From Heteronotia binoei (lineage: Eukaryota), in assembly GCF_032191835.1 (NCBI RefSeq), contig NC_083234.1, positions 27,714,001-27,778,000 on the forward strand: a stretch of 64,000 bases of DNA. Direction: 5' to 3'. Both the position numbers and the translations under genes were made by a program. The notes under the pieces are model-generated. The model did no database searches. It was not told the DNA's origin and saw only the letters and a list, made by a program, of their open reading frames with translations. How positions within the stretch are numbered: the stretch's first letter is position 1; every line of letters begins with the position of its first letter. Below, in pieces: positions 58,975 through 64,000 of the stretch.

Positions 58975-59170
58975 GACCAGGAAGGTCCAGACTAGCCTGA
59001 TCTCAGAAGCCAAGCAGGGTTAGCCCTGGTTAGTACTTGGATGTGAGACCACCAAGGAAGTCCAGGGTTGCCATACAGACTCAAGGCAGTGGAAAACTGC
59101 CTCTGAACATCCCTTGACTTGAAAAACTTATGGGGTCACCATTGGCTGCAACGTGACGGCACTTTCCACC
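58975..59170 (+). mobile_element. 5S rRNA-derived SINE (5S-Sauria type)
   Basis: GATCTCAGAAGCCAAGCAGGGTTAGCCCTGGTTAGTACTTGGATG (5S-like) plus a BovB-like tail. Confidence 0.65.
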
Positions 59171-60188
59171 ACCTCCATTAGCTAGGGGTCTTTTCTTTTG
59201 TCCTACAGTACTGTAAGGATATCACACATCTGAGGAGATGGCCTTGTCTTTACAAGCTTGCGGAATAGTCAGATTGCCTTAGGATACCTCAAGATTCTGC
59301 ATTGTCTCTATTAAATTAACATGTGAAACTCTGGAGGTGTGGAAAGGAGCTAGACTTAGTTCAGGTAGCATAAGTGGCACCTGTCCACTGTTAGACTTTA
59401 GTCCGCTCGCAAGTGTTTTGAACTGGGGACAAACCAATGCGGAACAGTAAACATACATCAGAATTGGACAGCTGCACAAACTCTGTTTGCAGCATACGTG
59501 GCCCCAAAGATTGGCTAGTACTGCCTTGATTTATTGGAATCTAAAACTATATGGATTCATGAGAATTTATATTGTATTTCATTAGTCTGATATCAGTTGG
59601 GCTAGTATAGTTAAGGGGGGAAATGATTTCTTGCCGCCTTTGGTAGTTAAAAGAATGCTCCTCCCATCAAAGTTATCCAACATTGCATACTTCCAGTTCT
59701 ATATAATTGACAGTTTACAAACAACTGGTTTTACCAGAATAGTTTATTATATCCGAGAGTCAGTTTTCCTAAAATTAGCATCTTCTTATGGAAATAAGAA
59801 TATGCAGGTCCAAAGCATTATGAATCACCATTTGTTTATTTTGCTTTTGCATATAATTAACTGGTGAGGGGTCTTTAATGACTGTTTCCCTGACGCACTT
59901 GTGTTTATGCTACAAAGTGTAGCACAAGACCACTTGTCTAAAAAAAAAAGTGCCTCTCCCTGTGTGCATCAACAGACTACTCAGATAATTTAGCAGGATC
60001 CAGATCAGCTTTATGATGCAGGTATTCAACTGCATTCACAACAGATGTTGTATACAACTCTTAGCTCAGCAAGGAATCTTTGTGTGGGGCAAGGAATCTT
60101 TGTGTGCCAGCTTCCACACATGTTTTCTTGCTACACTGAAATATCAAATCTCCTTTTTAGTTTTCATATTAAACTTTTGTTTTGGCAG

Positions 60189-60373
60189 CATGGCAGTGGA
60201 ATTTCCTCTGGTCCTCTACGACTGCGAGTTTGAAAACCTCCAGTGGATCTATGATCGTGAAGTCCAGGAGTTTAATGTTACTCATTTACAGCAGCTATGG
60301 GCTAACCATGCTGTTAAATCTCATATGCTACACAGCATGTTACAGGGGCTAGATTTTGTTGGAATACCCACAG
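60189..60373 (+). CDS. PUS3: PUS3 coding exon 3
   Basis: (S)MAVEFPLVLYDCEF…THLQQLWANHAVKSHMLHSMLQGLD…IPT; 185 nt; CAG|GTAGGA donor. Confidence 0.92.
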
Positions 60374-60546
60374 GTAGGATTCTATGCATTTCTAGTACAA
60401 CATTTATTGTACCTGGGTCAGTGGATGATACCATCATGCCCCTTTTATTATTCCATGCTTGTGTTTTACAGCAATTCAAAAGGGCCAGAGGAGCTGGGGG
60501 AAGGTTATCCACAGAGTAATGAGAACTGTCTTTTATATGTTTACAG

Positions 60547-60863
60547 GTTTGAGCAATGACACTACAATTCCTTGGAAAGAAATAAAACCTCCAGTCCACA
60601 ACCAAATCAGTGCTTTGATCGAGGGAGTAAAAGCTCGCAACTACAAACCGTTAATGGATCGCCCCAAATGTGAAGGTTTGGAATCTCGCATCAGTCACTT
60701 TGTGCGTCGAGGACGCATTGAACTTCCGCACTGCAAAAAAAAGCACGCTATAACAGAAGCAAATGAACAGGTGAAAATTAACAGCAGCTTCCATGATATT
60801 GCGGAGAAGGACAATGAAACTTTAGAAAAAGCTGCAAAGAGGGTTTGTGTGAGTGCAGACTGA
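60547..60863 (+). CDS. PUS3: PUS3 coding exon 4 (last)
   Basis: GLSNDTTIPWKEIKP…EGVKARNYKPLMDRPKCEGLESRI…KRVCVSAD*; 317 nt; total CDS 1446 nt = 481 aa. Confidence 0.92.
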
Positions 60864-61070
60864 TGTTTCGGGGACTACCTCTTTATACACCTCTATACAT
60901 ATATTGATACAACACTCTTTTGTGGAGATACTCCTCCAAGACTAAAAGATGTCAGCATTTTGCTACTTTTAAAAATATTTTTTTAAATGTTGTCTTCAAG
61001 GTAATTGAAGAAAGATTGGAAAACCACTATACTGGCCCTGCAGTTTTTTTCAATAGACACAGTAGTAGAA

Positions 61071-61120
61071 AATAAATATATAGTATTGAAGTTGTAACCA
61101 AATGCCTAGTAAGCAATAAA
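61071..61120 (+). terminator. PUS3 candidate polyadenylation signals
   Basis: AATAAA at 61071-76 and 61115-20. Confidence 0.55.
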
Positions 61121-62579
61121 AGATGGGACAAAAACACTGCAGAGAGCAAATACGGATTAATTAAATTCACTGCTGCAGCTATTCTAAGGAAGCAAAAGAA
61201 AAGTACACAGTTTTCTATTACAGACATGCTACTGATAAAGAGAGGAACAGTAGAACCCTATCCAGCCAAGCATATTCTAATGAAATAAACACAAAATACA
61301 TTCAAGATTTACTTTTGTAAATGTTCACTCTACTAATCACACACACAATAGTGGCCTGTGTTTAAAATTCAAGTTCATATTATTTGTAGTACTAGTCATC
61401 ACTTCTCTCTCTGCCTGCTCAAGTGTAGCACTCTACAGTATTCTTGTACAGTTCCCACAGAAATTTTGCATTATGGTAGTTATCCTGCATTATGGTAGTT
61501 ATCCATCTTTACTCCTGTTGTATTCAGTAGGCATCCTTTATGGGTGTGCATGCATATACAGCTTTAATTTAGCAATAAATCCTACTGAATTTACTTGCGA
61601 GTAATTAGGCTTGTTGCTGTGTCTCATACTGCAACACAAAACCATTGCTTTGGGACAACCAACATGAACATTTACTCCAAAGTAAGCCCTTATGTTCGCA
61701 GGGACACTGCATGCTGTTATTTGTAACAGGCTATGGGTGCGTTGAAGCTTAATGCAGACAGTACTGATCAATCCCTAATTATAAGGTGTTTACACAACAT
61801 AAAACTGTTGTGTGGGGGGACAATAAGGTATGGTCTGAAGGTGTGGGATGTAACAACTTCACTGGCATGGATGGGATAGAAACCCTATGTGTACTGACTC
61901 AAATCTTGAAAGGTGAGACGTTAATGTGAACTACCAACATGAGAGGAAGAAGACAGAGAATCATTCAGGACTTCAAAGATCGTATTTTTTAAACTGATAT
62001 CCCATTTAATTTAGTTGCCATAAACCACTTTTTAGGTGGGAAAGCAGGAGAAAACTCAGTAAATTCAGGGCAGAAGAAAATTCAGGGCAGGTGGCACAGA
62101 TGTCACGAATACCACTAACCATATTAAACAGGCTTAAGATTTGGAGCCTTAATGAACAGCTTAACCTCTTCTGTCACTTAGCTGACATAATTAGGATGGA
62201 GAATTTTGTCCGCAGAATGGAGGAAAAAGACAAAGAAACAGAATGGTTTGTCCAAACCTATACCTGGGGTCTTTCCCTCCAGAAACTCAACTACATTCCG
62301 CTATTACTTGCGGTCTTCAACACTGTAAGCTGCATTTTAATTTTTTGAGCTTTGTCATTTTATAATTATGGCTGTGTTGTTAACTGTACACCACCTCAAG
62401 CAGCTCATAGGAGACCTGCAACATATAATCTAATCTCGTAACTAAAACGAAATGTATATCTGGATATGCACTTTCTGTTAGCTAAATACATTCACTAGGC
62501 CGACAGTGATGCACAGAATAACCCCATCGATGAGCTTACACTGGAGTAACTTTACAAAACCCCACACTGGAGATCTCAC

Positions 62580-62835
62580 AGCCAGTTTGGTGTAGTGGTG
62601 AAGTGTACGGACTCTTATCTGGGAGAACCTGGTTGGATTCCCCACTCCTCCACTTGCAGCTGCTGTAACGGCTTTGGTTCAGCCACAGCTCTCGCAGGAG
62701 TTGTCCTTGAAAGGGCAGCTGTTGTGAGAGCCCTCTCAGCCCCACCCACTTCACAGGAGATAAAGGAGATTGTAAATCGCTCTGAGTCTCTGATTCAGAG
62801 AGAAGGGCGGGTATAAATTTACAGTCTTCTTCTTC
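62580..62835 (+). mobile_element. SINE (CCAGTTTGG family)
   Basis: Family copy with a TCTTCTTC tail. Confidence 0.75.
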
Positions 62836-62999
62836 AGTGCTTAGGATATAGCACAAGAACCTAGCAAAGCCTTGGGCTCGAATCCTCACAGTCATGAAAC
62901 CGGTGGGAGTGACTTTGGACCTTCCATTTTCATTCACCCTAACCTACCTCACAGGGGTATTGTGAAATTCAAAGTGAGGGAAAGCCCATCATGTACACT

Positions 63000-63830
63000 A
63001 CTGCAGACATCGGGGGTAAGAAAGAGCGAAGAGAAACACTTTTATAAGCGATTTTATGAAAGAACGGGGCGCGGGGGAGATAGGGAAACCCTTACAGAGG
63101 CAATGAAAAGGGAACCCTGACACGAGACAGCTGCTCAAAGCAAGGACGAGCAGCGACGCCCTACTAACCTCCCGGGACGACTCGTGCCACACACTTACTT
63201 CGCTGCCCTGTGCTCTCGCGCCGCAACTGTCGTCTTTCCCCTCAACGGCCGTTTAAACCGAAAAATGCTACGGCCTATCGCTAGCTCCGCCCCCTCTGGG
63301 AATGCGCCTTTTCTATTGCCCAGGCTCGCTCCAGTCCCAGCATTGTCATTGGCTTTCAACTTTCTTGTCCCACCTACCGCTTCGAACCGGCGATGTTCGA
63401 TATACGGAACGACGCTAACTTGTGAAACAATCTCCTTGAAAGGGATTGTAGCTCCGCCTCCTGAGGTCTTGCAGCTCATTGGCCGCGTTTCTTCTAATGG
63501 CCCGCCTACTTCTTTTCTGGTTTGCCGCGCGAGTAACCCGCGAGCAAACGCGAAGCCGGCGTGGCCACGCCCCCTAGCGTCTCCTTGCTCCCGCCCTCGA
63601 AGACTCGTATGCAAGATGGCGGCTCCAGGAAGCAACGCATGGCGCTTCGGAAGCTTTGCTATGAAGCCAGGGAGTCGGCTTTTTTCTCACAGCCAAAGCG
63701 CCGCTGCCCCTCTCACCGCGGAACAGCTGGCGGAGAAAATTCGTGCACAGAAGCGGGAGAAGGAAAAAACGCCGGAAGTGAGTCTGTTAGGAATTGACGG
63801 TTGGTCGGCACTGTAGCGACCCTGATTTCT
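63000..63830. promoter_or_regulatory. CpG island / RPUSD4 promoter, probably bidirectional
   Basis: High CpG density; AAGATGGCGG (YY1/Kozak) at the ATG; a minus-strand donor GAA|GTAAGT at 63198. Confidence 0.75.
63616..63777 (+). CDS. RPUSD4: RPUSD4 exon 1 (mitochondrial RNA pseudouridine synthase, transit-peptide region)
   Basis: MAAPG…AAAPLTAEQLAEKIRAQKREKEK resembles human RPUSD4 MAAP…AQRLAEKLRAQKREQ (recalled); phase-0 GTGAGT donor; known synteny with DDX25/PUS3. Confidence 0.8.
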
Positions 63831-64000
63831 CCTAGCATGCATCCGAAAATCACTGAGCTAAATAGGGATTACGGTTCCCACCGTGCACTCTGCCATAGGA
63901 ACGCTGCTGCTTCTTTCCATGAGATTTCGAAAGTTTGTAAAACTGCAGTCCCATAACACGTGTGCCCCCTTTACAATCACGTTTACGAGGATGAAGCTGT

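Noticed and set aside
3845-62835. tRNA genes at SINE heads
   Set aside because: A/B boxes are present but there is no cloverleaf or acceptor stem, and they continue into SINE bodies.
63184-63635. Upstream extension of the RPUSD4 ORF (210 aa) and the antisense 146-aa ORF
   Set aside because: CpG-island ORFs with non-ATG starts. The Kozak/YY1 ATG at 63616 matches the known N-terminus.

Overview
Eukaryotic (squamate, probably gecko-like; inferred from the SINE/CR1/MITE repertoire) genomic window. It is the orthologue of the human 11q24 DDX25/HYLS1/PUS3/RPUSD4 region. Host genes: DDX25 on the minus strand (12 exons reconstructed, 25784-45093, 482 aa; exons 3-12 solid, exons 1-2 tentative), single-coding-exon HYLS1 on the minus strand (53027-53923), PUS3 on the plus strand (4 coding exons, 56608-60863, 481 aa), and the first exon of RPUSD4 (63616-63777). 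A young, nearly intact 5.76-kb DIRS1-type tyrosine-recombinase retrotransposon (19664-25420) sits about 280 bp beyond the DDX25 poly(A) signals. It has ITRs, an ICR and overlapping gag, RT-RNaseH-MT and YR frames, with one frameshift in YR. The first 19 kb has no coding exon I can support and is mostly SINEs, CR1 fragments and hAT/Tc-like MITEs. Most notable points: the DDX25 DEAD box reads DEGD; a degenerate tandem copy of DDX25 exon 5; an apparently extra 173-nt intron in PUS3; four CpG-island promoters in 19 kb including an orphan ZNF143-motif one; Penelope-derived hairpins with a minimal hammerhead-ribozyme-like core in the DDX25 promoter; a solo LTR with intact promoter boxes in DDX25 intron 1; and a gene order different from human. 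I found no clearly novel multi-gene system.
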